Shown here piece by piece: positions 19,123 through 34,100 of a stretch of DNA of 64,000 nucleotides. This stretch comes from Myxococcota bacterium (lineage in GTDB: Bacteria > Myxococcota_A > SURF-8), in assembly GCA_963674735.2 (NCBI GenBank), contig CAXXQS010000002.1:1376001-1440000 (forward strand), written 5' to 3'. The notes under the pieces are model-generated. The model worked only from the letters and a program-made list of their open reading frames with translations, searched no databases and had not been told where the DNA came from. The stretch's first letter is position 1, and the number at the start of each line of letters is the position of its first letter. The position numbers and the translations under genes were made by a program.

Positions 19123-22100
19123 ATGAAAGCCCCCGAGAGAGCACTTACCAGGAAGTCCCTCCTCTACGCCTTGGCGTTGATCGTCGGGTTCATGTTGCTG
19201 GCACCACAGCCGGAGGCGCAGGCTTATACGCTCTACAGTGCAAACAACTATTGGATCAGTGCCGCTCCAACCTTGGATTACAATAATAGTAATTCGACCT
19301 ACCTAGACTATTACGACCGAAACTACAACGCCTATGCCGGCGCTCGCATTGTCGCGCACACCTGCCACCAAAATGCAAAGGGGCGTGGTTTTCTTCGCTA
19401 TTATCGCCGTTATGGAAACAATACGGGGAGTTGGCAGTATAGCGATTCTTATGCCTGCCCTTCCAATGGTTCTTCGCCGCCAGGAACGACAGCCTCAAAC
19501 GGTGGGTATATTTATGAATTTTCCGATTACAACAACCTCGGCTTTGGCTCCTCGGCCACCAGCACGCAATATGCCGTTAAAATGCGGATTTACGCACGGA
19601 ATCCCAATACGGGCGGATATTATGATGGACCCCAAACTTACTACATTCGCCATCGCATCGATAACGGCTGGCCGGGTACGTCGAACCAGATCAACACTTT
19701 CTACTCCAAATGCACTGGTGCAGCCGCCAGCACAACGAATGTCGATTGTTCGCCCAATACTTGCGCGGGCAAAAACAGTTGGTTTGTCTGCAATAGTACG
19801 TGGAACTATTACGCGAGGGATTACGGTGACTATGCTTTCACATCGAGCACGGATTTCTCGCGCGGGCATCGGGTTACCAGCCTCAAAACCGGGCATGACA
19901 GCAGTTCTTATGCCAACTCCAACCCGACCACCGGTTGGCTGGCCGGTCTGGATATCACTAACCAAAATCTGGCTACCGGCCTTCGAACCATTTACATGCA
20001 TGGCTGGGGCTGGGATTCGTTTACGGCCGGCGGCGATGCGGATAAGCAGCGCCGCTTGGGTCGCCACCGCTATTACTACCGTTACGATAACAACATGCCG
20101 ACTCTGGCCCAGAAAACGGCAGGCGGTGGCCCGACGGCCGGGCGTTGGTATAACACCGGCGGGTGGGATATCAAGTGGGAGCTGGCGGATACGATTTCCA
20201 AGCCGCGCTGGGGGTTTGTAGACGGACCCACCGGGGATCTGACCTGCACGTCCTCCACGAGCTCCGGTTGTGGCGGCAATTCCGGTGCGTTCGAAATGGG
20301 GCGCACGCTCAATGAGGTTCGAAACGGCGCCTACGGCGGCATCACGCTCTATTATTCCGGCTGCGATTATTCCGGGCGGGGTTTTGGCACCCATTCAACC
20401 TATTGTCTGACCGATGGCACCTACAACGATCCCCGCAAATCGGCCACGTATTACTACGACCGAAATAACCCTTATGTCTCGGTTACCTGCAGCACGGGCA
20501 CCTGTCCGGCCAATGGCTGGGTCAATTCGGATTTCTCTGTATATTTCGATGGTAAGGATAATAGTTCGAGTACCAACGCCGGGCCGTGGAAGCTCTATTA
20601 CAGAACGCTGAGCGGCGAATATTCGAGCTTTACGGTAGACACCAGCCACTGTACCAGCACCCCTGTAACGGATTCGACCCCCTCCTATAATGAAACGGTT
20701 CGCTATACCTGGTCGGTTGGTTCAAGCTTCGGCGCGACGGGTAAAACCACCTGTGCCAGGATTTACGATGGCTCTTATGATGATTCAAATCATCAGGGCG
20801 CCCGCAGTGCCGCGAGCACCTGCAAGTTCTACAAGTATGATGGCCACAATCCCACGATCACGATGTCGAATTCCGGATCCTGCTGCGTGCCCAGCACAAG
20901 TAATTGTTACCTGGGCGATGACGGCGATAACATCACGCTGACCTTGCATGACGACGAAGAGCTCAAGCGGGTCGATTGCAACTGGACGACTTCCAGTTCA
21001 TCCTCCTATCCCAGCCAGGGCGGAGGCACGCGGGGTGCCAACTTGACGGGCCAGAATGCCACGTTCAACACCCAGTACGACGACGCCACCAGCACCGGCG
21101 AAGGCACGCGCTACTTGTGGTGCAAGGTTTGGGACACCACCGGTCGGTCCGCTACAGTCAGTGGCTACTTCAAGCTCGACCGCAATCCGCCGACGACCTC
21201 GGTGACCTCGAATTACCCTTATTACACGAATGCGAGCCAGAGTAACATCTCGTGGAAAAACGGCACTACGCCGACCTTCTACGGCAATGCCAGCAAGGGA
21301 ACCAACGATAGCGCTATTCAGAAATATCAGTGGGAACTCAATGAGACGACAAGCTCTGAACTAAGTTACACCGGCAGTTCGCCGATGGCCAGTTGGGCTA
21401 TTAGCCCCAGCCCGGGCAATCTGGATCGCCAGGGCCGCAACGATTTCAAATTCAAAACGCGCAATTCGGTGTGCACCGCGCACGAAAGCCATGCCTGGAG
21501 CGGCTGGTCCACCATCTATATCTGGCGCGATACGCTGGGTCCCGATAGACCGGGTCGACCCACAACTCCCGGCGGTCGCTACACCTCGGACAACACCCCC
21601 ACCTTTACCTTTACGCCGACTCAGGGTGATTGTGTGCCGAGTTCGGCCACCTCAACCAGTTGCGGCAGCTACACGCGAAACGCCAGCACCTACAGCTCGT
21701 TGTATTCGGGAATCAAAGATTCGAATATGTACCGCTATTATTTGAGGGAAACTACGGGCGGTTCAAACCTTTCCAACAACTATTTCACTTGCACGTCCAC
21801 CTCGTCCTGTTCGTTTACTCCCAGTTATACCCTGCAAACCGAACGAGACTATGTGTTGTTGCTGCGTGTGTATGACAAAGCCGGGAAATACGGGAACGCC
21901 GACAACACGACAGACGCCGTTACGGGTAGCAGCTCGACCTGGGTTTACTTTACCTACGATCACTCGGCTCCGAACACGCTTTCGGCCGTGCCAAGCGCCG
22001 TCGCGGATGCCAATGTGAGCACCAATCGCACCTATTATTCAAGTGGTACTTCGGTTAACGTGACCACCAAGGCGCGGGATGCCCTGGGTTGGGCACCGCT

Positions 22101-25100
22101 TTACGTGGCCATCTCGACCACTAAATATGGTACGACTGATTGCAATAATGCCGGTTTGGCCGGTGCCTGGCGGAGTATGGGCGGCAGCCTTAAAACGACC
22201 AGCGAGTTGACCTACACCTATTCCGTGAGCGATTTCAGCAGCTCGGGCACGAATTATTACGTCTATTTCAAAGACTCCGGCAACAACTGCGTGGCCTACA
22301 ACACCACCAGCGGGCCGGGCTACACCTTCAAAATCATCAAAGATACCGCGCCGCCCGCCAACCCGCAGCTACGCGTTTACTCCTCTACCAGCAGCAACAA
22401 CTGCAGCAATATCGGCTCCGGCACCGCCCGCACAACCTCGCGTGACGTGAAGCTCGTGGCCTGTGTCACCAATGCGTCCAGCGAGCCGAATCTGAAGGTC
22501 TTCGCCGAGGATAACTGGATCCGCAATTCCGGTTTCGACACCTCGCGGCCGAGCGATTACAACGACAACCACGGCACGACCACCGAGTCGGACCATTGGT
22601 ACAATCCTGGTAATCGTGGCCTTCGCAAGCAAACCAGCGTGTGGGGCACCAGCACCTGGGCCAATGAATACACGGCCAGCAGCACCGCTGCATATGAAAT
22701 TGGAATTTCTCAGTGCTTGTTTGGTTGTGGTGGAGCTGGCACCTATTGCCCGTCCGGCGACAACCTCAGTTGTCCGGTGAGCGGAACGCCGGGTAGCAAC
22801 CAGTTCCAGGACAAATGGACCCAAGCTCCCTCGGGTTGGTCTTGGCATACCAATTACCGCTACTATTGCAACGCTGTTGGAACAAGTGGCAACGACTATT
22901 ACACAAAGGTTTACGGGGCATCAGGACAAGGAACGGCCTTTTTCTTTGATTGTCCGTCTATTGGTTCAACCGGTTATCGGTCAAACAATGAGACCTTGAC
23001 CAACATAGGGAGCTATTTGGCATTCGCCTTCAAGGAAGATCAGGATCTTTCATCCGGCAAAGTAACGGTGGATAATTTCGAATTCTACCGCTACCCGACC
23101 TCCTCCACCCCCAACGACAGCAACACATCACTCAACGATCTGAACGAGTGGATGGGTTGGAAGAGTTGGTCGGGTACCTCGAGCGGCTCGTTCAACTGGA
23201 AGCTGCCCGAAGGCGATGGCCCGCACAAGGTCTACGCTTGGTTCAAGGATCAAACCGGCAACATCACCACCTCGGCCGCCACCGCCACGATCATTCTCGA
23301 TCGCCGCGCGCCCTGGGGCGGCCTGGTGGTCGCCGCGCCGACCTCCACCGAAACGATCGATGGGCGGCGCTATACTTCGGCACCCCGGCCGCAGCTGCGC
23401 TTGCGCGCCTACGACGACTGGACCACCGGATCCGGCATGCGGGCCGCGCTGTCGCTCAACAACTCGACTTACGGAAGCTATTTTGGCATCTCCCACGGCG
23501 ATCAGACCCTCGATGTATCGAGCACGTATTGGCCGGGGCTTAGCGGCGCGGTCAACGCCACCACCGGCAACACAGTTTACGCTCGCTTCAAGGACGGCGG
23601 CGACAACACCACGTCACACACGATTGCCTCGGCGATCTATCTGGATCGTAAAAAGCCGGAACTGGCGGCTTCCCTGGCAACCGCCAATCAGGGTTACACC
23701 AACGAAAACGTGACGGTACGGATCACCACCCTGAAGGACAACTGGCCCTACATGGATGGTAGCAACAAAAAGCTGCGCGTCTGCATCAAGCACAAAAACA
23801 GCACGGGCGATACGGCCACTCCGACCTACGACGATCCCAGCGCCACCGGAAACTGCTGGCAGAACATCAGCGTCAGCGGCACCAGCTATTATTCCGGTAC
23901 CGCCGATCTGGCCTACACGCTTACCGGCAACAAGAACGAAAACAAAACGGTCTACGTCTGGGCCGTCGACGGTAGCGCGAAACGCTACGGCATCGATCCG
24001 TTGAACATCGCCGGACCGGTGACGATGACCACCTTCCTGGACGGCACGCCGCCGACTTGTGCGAGTATCGTCGCCTACGGCAAAGATCGCAACAACGCCG
24101 ATGATTCCAGGTTCTTCAATGACGGCACCGTCAAGGTCGTGGTGAAGGCCACCGATGTGGCGGGCGTCTCGGGTGTGCGTCTCTCCAATTCGACGAGCTT
24201 CTCGGGCGGTTGGACTTCCATGGCGTCCTGTACAGGTGGCTATTGCGCCACCGTGGCCACTTTCGACATCAACGAAGCCGCCACTACTCCCAAGGTTTAC
24301 GCTCAGTTCCAGGATACCCTCGGCAACTATACCACCAGCGGTTTCTGCAGCGATACGATTACCTACGACATCACCGGCCCGCAGAAGGCCGCCGTGCAGA
24401 TCGTGGGTAACGTGCCCGGCGACATCAACAAGACCAACACGCCGAACGTCAAGCTGAAAGTCGGCGCGTATGTCGGCACGGCTACGCCGGGCGCCGTCTC
24501 GGGTATTACGGAAGGCTGGACCAACACCACAGCCAATCCCCTGTATTATCGGGTGTGTCGCAATCTAACCGGTAACACCAACTCCGACTGCTGGCCGAAC
24601 GCCTCGGGTTGGCTGGCCTTGCCGTCCAGCGGCGATGTGCCGACCGGGACGACCACATTCAACCTCGGCGAATGTAGTGTAGGTCTGGCAAGTTGCACCA
24701 AATCGGTCTACCTGTGGCTGTCCGATCAGGGCGGCAACGATTCGGCCCCCAATCAGAACGGCGCCTATCCGGTCCGTACGGATACGGTCACGCTCGATAG
24801 CAATAAGCCGGTCTGCACGGCGTCGGTGACCTCGGCCGACTTCAGTTACACCAGCGACCACTTCACCGACGACCCGATCTTGAACGTCAGCATCGATCGG
24901 GAAGGTAATACCGATATCAGTCATTACTGCCTGTGTACGGGCGACACCAACGCCTTGCCGTCGTCGGCCGGTAGTACAAGCGATTATTGCGCGGACAATA
25001 CCAGCAATGGGCGTTGCACCGGTTGGACCTCGATTCCGGTCAGCAACACGACCCAATGGACGCTTTACAGTGGTGCCGCCGCATCAGCGCCCCAGGGCGA

Positions 25101-28100
25101 CAAGCACATGTGGATTTTCTGTCGCGACAGTTCCTACAACATCAGTTGCGATCCGAAAACCGAAACCTGTGCGGCGCAAGACTACGCCAAGATCGATACC
25201 AAGGCTCCGGCGATTCCGGCGCAGAACATTCATGTGAAAGACAGCTCGCACCCGCTGCAGACGAACCAGAAGAACGCGAAGATCACTTGGGGTAGCTCCT
25301 ACGATACCTACGGTGAATGTAGCGGTAGCGGCACCTGTGGCGGTGGCACCTGCATCAGCCAATTCTGTTCACCGGCGGTCGCCAGTGGATTGGTGGGCTA
25401 TCAGGCTCGTTACAAGCTCGATACGGCTTCAACCTGGAAACCGACTGAAAACGTTTTCAATCTGACCGCCTACCCTTATCCGCAGGATATGATTTGGGAT
25501 CCGGTTTATAACTTCGAGCCGGACGGCCACTGGCAGATCCAGGTCAAAGCGGTCGACAAGCTGTATCAATCTTCCGAAGTGGACCACGCCAATCCGGCCG
25601 GTTCTACCTGGCAGCAGGTTTCCGTCCTGGTCGACACGACGGGTCCGCAACCTTACAACCCCGTGGATGGCGCGGCGATCACGCTTTACGAACCGAACTC
25701 AAGCTGTGGGACGAGTTTCTACACGCACGCGAGCAAAAAAGTCACGGCTTCCAATGCGATCGATATCGCCATTAACGCCAAAGACGCCTTGGATCCGGAT
25801 GGCCAGGGAACGAATTGGCGGGAGGCGACCGCCACCGTTATGGGATTCTCCGTGGTCGCGGCCACGGCGGATTGCCCGCAAAACACGGCGGTTGATTATC
25901 GTTACATCTTCGAAGCGGATGAATGCTTCCAGGGCGTGGATGGGGGTGGCCAGCAGTGGAGCAATGGCTTCCCGATCGTAAGTGGCACCCCGGCAACCAC
26001 GGTCGAAAAGAAGATCTGCGGGCATTTCCGCGATTGGATCAACAACTACTCGCCGGCGGTTCGCAATGATGCGGATTTCGTGGCTCTCGTAACTTACGAC
26101 CGCGAAGGTCCCTATGCCTCCGGTCTGCCCAGCACCGACGAGGATGTGCACAATACGCCCAAGCCCAACTGGACTTGGACGGCCTCGACCGGTGACAAGG
26201 CGCGTGCTCTGGCGAGCACGGGCGACAGCTGTCCGGGCGCTCCGTATCGTCTGCGTTACTGGATGGGACCGGTGGGCGGCGAAACGGCCGGACCGTATTA
26301 TTCCAAATCCTTGACCACCAACCAGATGACGAGCATCGATTATAACACGGGTCAGGAACTGATCCCCGGTGTGTGGAACGCCGTCGTGGAAGTATACGAT
26401 GCGAAATGCTACAAGACCGACTCGACTGCGGGCGAAACCGAGTACGATACTTCTGTGTCTTCGGATAACAAGGTTTCAATCTTAAGCCCGGCCGATAACA
26501 GCAACAAGTTTACCAACAAAGCGGCGGTGGATCTGTCGATTTCGACGGTCGATACCGATATCGAGAAATACGTCACCTGGAACTGCAACAACGGGGAGTC
26601 GACCCCGCTTCTGGGCACTTGGACCCCCTACAGCAGCGATGGTTCCATCGGTGGCTGGACACTCGATGTCAGCGGCATCTCCACGCCGAAGGGAACCGTC
26701 AAGGTTTGTTATCGCTTCCTCGATGCGGCGGGCAACATCACCTGCGATCCCGTTGCCAGTCCTTCTTGCGATCCGTCTCACGGCCTCGATTTCGCGCCGC
26801 AGATGGATACGATCATTTACGACAAGTGGGCCCCGACCAACGACGGCGATGCTATCGCCGTGGCGTCTTTAAGTGACGGACCCGACCCCTTCTACACGAA
26901 TCAGTCTTCGGTTGCGGTAACGCTCTCCGCCAAGGACGGCAATTCGGATGAGTGGACGTCCCTGCGCTATGCGATCGCCAATGCCGCCGACGGCAGCAGC
27001 CCGGCGAATCCCGCTTCCAGTGTTGGTAGTTGGCAGGCCTTTACGTCGCCGCTGGATATCGCCAGTCATTCGCTGGGTGTTTCCGGCGACGCTTGCGATG
27101 CCAACGGGCAGCGCGATGTCTATGTTTGGTTTGCCGATCAGGGTGCCTTGATTCCGGGCGACGGACCGACCGAATACAACCGGACACCAAACGGCTCGCC
27201 TTACAAAGACTCCATTTTCTTCGATAACTGCATGCCGCAGCCGGTGGATACCTCGGTGCCGCACATCGTCAAAGTCGGCGGGATCGACCCGAACGCCACC
27301 GATGATGCGACGCCCGAATGGACCTGGCCGGCTTTCGCCGATCCGGGTTCGGCGAGTTCTACCGGCGCGGGCTTGTGCACCGCTGCGCTGTGCAATACGG
27401 CCAGCATCAAGGGTACCTACCAGATCTGCTGGAGCAATTACGAAAGCAGTTGCGCATGGTCGACGGATGCACCGTATTTCCGCGATACCAACAGCTACAC
27501 CCACACGAGCGCCCTGAATCCGGGCGTGTGGTATTTCCATGTTCGCGCCTATGACCGCGCCGGGAATGTGTCCGACACCTTGGTCGGTTCCGCCACGGTC
27601 GTGGATGTGCAAAAACCGAGCAAGCCAATCGTTTCCGCGTTTGACGACGATCCGCTTAACCAGCATCTTGCCTCGGCGCGTCTCGTGATCGATGCCGCAG
27701 ATGGCAACGACGGCAGTGCGGTGGATTACGCCATCAAGGTGGCCAATGTTTCCAATGGCGCTGGTGGAACGATGTGGGTCGGTGACAGCGGTGTTTTGGA
27801 AACCGATCCCGTCTGGCAGAGCCGTAACACCTGGAACGGCGATGGCAGCGGTGTGATCATCAAGGAACTGGAAGACAGCAAGCTCTACATCTTCACCTTG
27901 ATTGCGAGCTTCGATCAGGGCGGCGAGTATCCGTCCGATGACTTCGCCTCCGTGCGGGTGAACGACCGTACGCCGATTCTTCCCCCGACGCCCACGGCTT
28001 CGGCGGATGTCGGAAACAATCAGGTTGATCTCTCCGTCAGCTACAAAGATCCTACCAGTACGCGCTTCCCGGCGGCTGTTTGGGATGCGAATGCGGAACG

Positions 28101-31100
28101 CTATAACGCGCTGCGTCAAGAGATGCTTACCACTAGTGGCGATTTCGGTGCCGGTGACGACACCTTCCCGCTACGCAATGGTATTGCTTACATTCCGCAC
28201 AGCGTTTCCGGTTGGGGTGAAGATACCTTCCTGTCGATTGAGCCATACAAGATGGCCTACTTCACACCGAACTGGGAGCATCGTGACGGTGACGGCTACA
28301 ATACGGCGGGTCATCCGTCCGTGTTGCCGGGTATCGGTTACGGCATCGAGTTCGATCCCGTCCGCAACCTGATTTACTCGGTTTCCTCGTCCAGTCCGCA
28401 GTTGTATGCTTACACGTATAATTCGTTGACGAGCAGCTGGAGTGGCACCACGATTACCGGTTCTATTCCAACTTGTATCGATCTGGCCTACGACGGGAAC
28501 TTCCTCTATTGTATGGGGAACCACAACGGCACCATTTCACGCTTCAAGCTTTCCGGTGCCGCCGGATCGCAAACGATGGCGGCTCAGGGGACATTCAGTC
28601 CCGGCACCGCTCTGGCCTACGACGGTTTGGCTGTTGCCAACGGCTTGCTCTATGTCGGTGGAAGAGGCGACACGGATCGCACGGTCACGGTGTATCGTAC
28701 CGGCGACTGGTCGGATGATTCGACCGATCTGCCGACAAGCGCTGCCAGCTTCTCCGTGTCATCCGATGCCAATGCCAATATCGGCACCTTGTTGAGTGAT
28801 GGCCGCTTCCTTTACACGCACGCCGTCGAACTCAGCGGTGGGGTGCCGACGGATTCTCACAATCGGGTATACGGGCACGCGCTGCTCAACCAGATGGCCT
28901 TTTTCCAGGCTAATCCGAATGAGGACTCGCTCGACGCCGCGCGGGCGGAATACGCTCCCTTGGGTGGTGTAATCGATCGCTTCGATGACAGCGATTTCAC
29001 CGATCTCTGGAATTTGTCGAGTGGTAACTTCAGCCAGGGCTCCGGGTTTGTGGCCGCAACAGGTACGACCAACATGTTGCTTGCCAAAACCACGCCTCCA
29101 ACGCGTTACTTTGCCATTGAAGCCGATGTAATGGATACCGCTTCCATCGCCGATGGCGAGGTGGGTCTGGTTTACTCGGCCGCCAATACGAACAATCGTT
29201 TCCAGTGCGGCTTCAACGTCAATCAAGACGTCAGCCCGATCACGTATAGTGCACGTATTTACCGACGCAGTACGGCCAACGGAACGGTCGAGGTCGGCAG
29301 TCGTGACGACCTGACATTCGCCAAGGGTGCCTGGTATCATCTCAAAGTGGTGGTAACAGACCGTGATCATACTTGTTATATCAATGGCGTGAAGGTTGCG
29401 TCTCTCCAGGGTGATTCAACCTTGCCCGGCGGCGCGCCGCTTTCAGTCGGTGTCTTCGCCGATCAAGACGGGGCGCGTTTCAACAACTTCCGTCTGACCC
29501 CGCTACAGGGTGATGTGTCCGGTTCCAACTGGACGTATGCTTCGACGGATGCCCAGGATATTACGCCGCCTACCGATATCACCAGTGCCACCTCCACCCA
29601 TTCTCCGGCGATCAACGTTTGGAGTAACGTGGATGAGATTTCGGTGAACTGGGATGAGCCCGATTCACAGGGAACGGCTTACAGCTTTACGTCGTCCGCT
29701 CTGGATGGTGCTCATAACTTCTCGAATGGTTTCGCCAACGGCACCTTCGATGGTGGCGATGGCGCAAAGGCCTATAGCTGGTATCGCAACACCGCTTTGA
29801 CTTCGACGCACGACACAAGCTGCACCAATGCCGGTTGTTCGCGGCGCGTGGTGGGCACTGAAACTTTCAGCGGTATTTCGATGGCGGGTAAAACCATCTC
29901 CGGCTATGGGCGGTATATCCGCTCCCGTGCCGATGGAACCGCATATATCGGTTTAATCCAGCGTGTGCCGGTGATGACCAAAGACAGCAGCGATTTCGCT
30001 TTCGAGTTTGATTATTACTGCGAGTCGGGCACGATCAATCTGCAGAGTGGCAAAAATGGATGGCGAATGCGCTTTATCCGGGAAGATGGCAATGCCACCC
30101 CATACGATTCTACAGCTGTTGCCTATCTGTCGAATGGAACGACAGCGATCAAGGATCTGAACCAGTTTGAATGTGTGGCCAACGAAACCGGCCATGTGGT
30201 TGCCAAGGTTTCAACTCCCAGTAGCATGGCGAATCATTACTATCGTCTACAAGTTTATGACTGGGCTTTGACTTCCGGCAATTACCCCACCGATCCCTAC
30301 GTTTTCCAGGGGATCGTTCTCGACAACTTCACACTGCGTGAGGTGGATTCTGCGACCATCGAAACGCTGATGGCCGAGTACCTCGTGACGGCCACCTGGA
30401 GCGATGGCGGCAGCAGCCAAGTTTACCAATACACCCGGCCAAACAACACGGCCGGTCGCGATTTGGTGATTCCGCCCAACGGCGATCAGATCGCCAGTGG
30501 CGAGTGGGTGGTAACGGTTGCGGGTAAAGATGCAGCCGGAAACTGGAATGAAAACGACTACGAACTGAATAAATTCCTGGTCGATAACACCAAACCGGCC
30601 ACTCCGGAGATCAGTTGTAATGTCGATAAGGCGGACTGGTCGAATGCGACGTCCGCGACTTGTAGCTGGGATAAGACCACTGGGCCGAGTCCGGGAACTT
30701 ACTACACCTGTTACAGCAACTCTTCCAATCCGGCGGATTGCAATACCTGGTCCTCGCAGTCGGATACCAGTGCCAGTGTTGCCGTTGCGTTGACTGAAGG
30801 TATCGAGGGTAAATCTTATCTGCATGTCTATGCCATGGATACCGGTTCTCCGGATCCCGGCGTCGATCCGCCGGGCATCGATACCTACGAGTTCTGGATC
30901 GATCAGACTAAACCCACCGCTCCGACGGTGTCGTGTTCGTGTCCCGACTCGGTATCGATCGGTGACGGCGCGGACCCGGACGCTGTCGACGAGTGGTATT
31001 GCATGAACGATGACAAGAACATCAGTTGTGCTTGGAATGATCTTCCGCAGCCGCCAACCTCGCCGCGCAAATTCGGATCGTGTCTGTATCAGGTGCGCAC

Positions 31101-34100
31101 GGAGGACTTGGGTGCCGGTCAGGAAATGGAAGATTTCGATTGTAACGCGGCGGTGAAGTGTACACTCAATTACGTTCTCTCCACCCCGGCGAAAGCGTTG
31201 GGAGATACGCTTGTCAATGGTTCCGGTACCTGGTGTTTCTATGCGGGCAATTCCGATACCGGTGGTTTCTCAGACGTGTCTTCCTATAAGTTCCATATCG
31301 ATATTACTCCGCCCGAGCGGCCGAGTAACGAATGGGCTCCGTGGGTCATCAACGGCGAAGGCGCCAAGGTCGATTACACGGCCGAAGAGAGACCGACCTG
31401 GGTATGGCAGCCTGCAATCGATCAGCATTCCGGTCTTGCCGGTGGTACGGGTCGTTACGACATCATGTGGTCGCTTGATGGCTGCGGGAACTACTCGGCC
31501 CAGAATTCCGCTGACGCGGCTACCGAAACCTACACACATACCAGTGACTTGACCGTCAATGTGAAGTATTGGGGTTGGGTGCGGGCGTTTGATTTGGTTG
31601 ACAACTATGCCGATTCGGAATGTGGCGAAATCTTCGTGGTTGGTATGGAAGATCCCGCACCTCCGGCCGTTTCGGCGCTGATTGATCCGGTTCTGCAATC
31701 CGAAGCTGGTAAGATCAAGCTGGTTATCGATAACACGGGTAATGTCCAACCCAACATCATGTTTGCGGTGATCGAAAACAAGGCGACCGGTGGAACTTAT
31801 CTCCGTGGGGATGGGACGCTCGGTGCGGCCTATGTCGATCCGAAAACCGGCGATCCGGCGCTTATCAACGAGATCTGGCGCACTTACGACGCGAGTGGTT
31901 CGGCGGTGCATTGGAACGGTACGAATGGTCTCATCATAGACGGAATCGATTTCGGTAGCGGAGAAGTGCCGCTTTACGATGGGACGGAATTCGAGTTCCA
32001 GGTGACCAGTTATTACCCGGATACGATGCATGGTCCCGGAACGGCTTCCCAGGTTGTCACTTTCGATCGTACGCAACCCAAGCCGGTTGTCGCCACTATT
32101 GGTGTACGGCCCGATACGGATCCGGATAGTGGTCAGACCCTCAACCGCATGGTCGTGGGCTATGAACACGGTGGCGTGTTTATCGAAGCGGAAGATGCCT
32201 TCAATGTGGCTACTTCAACAGCCACTTTGGGGACCAGCTCGGTTGACAACGGAGATGACTACACGGCTTCCGGTGGTTCGTTCATGGAGTTGTCAGCGGC
32301 CGGTTCGGCGCTTGAGTTCAAGTTCTACGCTGAAAAAACCGCCCGCTACTATCTGCATACGCTTGGTTATGCCATTGGTGGCGGCGACGACGAATTTTAC
32401 GTGCATTTGGATGGCAGCGGTTCGGCCTTGGGTGATAGTGCGATCGATCCGCCCGACGGCAAGCCGGGTTACGGTTGGTCAAGCGGATACTCGCTGGGCA
32501 CCCAGAACCTGGAACAGGGCTGGCATACGGTTACGTTGAAGAAGAAGCATCCGGCGAAAATCGATGCCGTGTGGATTTCTCAAACACGTCTGACCGATCC
32601 TGCCGACCGGCGTCTGCTGTCCTTCAACCATGGAGAATTCCAGAAGGTTACACGTAGTTCCACTCTCGCCAGTGGGTACGTGCCTATCGAAGGTGTCGAG
32701 GATGGCTTTGGTCGTACCGACCTGGGTGTCGGGTCCGATTATGTTTCCTTCATCGGCAGCGGCGAAACCTGGGGTATCACCAATGGTGAAGCCCACGACG
32801 ACAAAAATCAGAATCTGGCTACGGCTATCTTAACCAGCGACAGTTACGACCATTTCACGGCTGAAGTCGACACTCGGATCTTGTCTACCAGCAATGGTGG
32901 AGCGGGGTTGGTCGTACGCCAGGCCGGTGGAAGTTACTACATTTTCCAAATTCTCTTCCAATCGGGCGGCAAGGTCATCTTGAACCGCGACAATCAGTAT
33001 CCGGCTGCACCGTTCAAAGAGAAGACGGTCGCGCTTTCTGCGGGTGATTGGTATCGCCTGAAGGTCGTAGCGCGCGGCGCCGAGTTGAAGTTCTATGTCA
33101 ACGACGCGATGCAGTTTAATGTTTTCGACGACACGGTTAGCAGTGTTGCGGACTTCAGCGGGCGAGTCGGGTTGTATTCCCATCCGCGTACCGGTACGGG
33201 AAACCATTACGCCTACTTCGACAATTTCCGCGTGTTGCCGTTCTCCACTCCGGGTGGAGTGGTGGATAACGATGCCGTCGATCTCGGGGCTCCGACAACG
33301 CCGACAGCGCTTGCGGGCAATCCGACGACGCCGCCTGTCGGGGCGACGAACGAAACGGAATTGACGGTTCGTTGGAACGCCGCCAATGACACGACGAATA
33401 CCGACACGTATTACTACGTGACGGAAATGGTCGATCTGGAGGGCAACGAAGAAAATCTGCTCGGTAATGGCGGTTTCGAGCTGGGAGATGCAGGGTGGAC
33501 CAATAGTTCTCCCGCTCAGAACCCGATTCTGGAATCGGGCTGGGCGAGCGGTGAAACCTACGAGGGCGACTGGGCGGCCAGCTTCGCGGCGTCCGGTACG
33601 ATAAGCTATGTGGTCAGCAGTGTTTCGATCCCGAATGGCGGCCAACAGTTTTTCGCCAGCGGTATGTTGTCGGCGATTTCGTCCGGGCTTGAAGTGCAGG
33701 TTTGGGCGCGCACGACCGGAACCACTGGTTGGAATGAAGCTCAGCATAAGATTTTCGGTGAAGGTCTCACCGACTTTACGGGCAAATGGACCGAGGTGGG
33801 TCGTGGATTCCGCATCGCCAACACTTCCGGCAGTGCGCGCAATTACGATCTGATGTTCCGCCTCAGTAACTCGGGTAGTGTGGGGCTGGCGGATGACCTC
33901 AAGATTGTCAAAGGCCAGCAGGGCACCATCTACACCGGTGTGGGCGGCTACGACGTTTGGTGGTTGCCGGAGGGATTGACTGAAGTGGTGGGCGGCAAGC
34001 GCCAGCCTGTCAGTGGTGTTACCGCAGAGGAGATCGGTGTAACCGCTCTAGCCAGCACCTATACGATTCCGCAGAATGCCCAAAACGAATATCAGGACGG

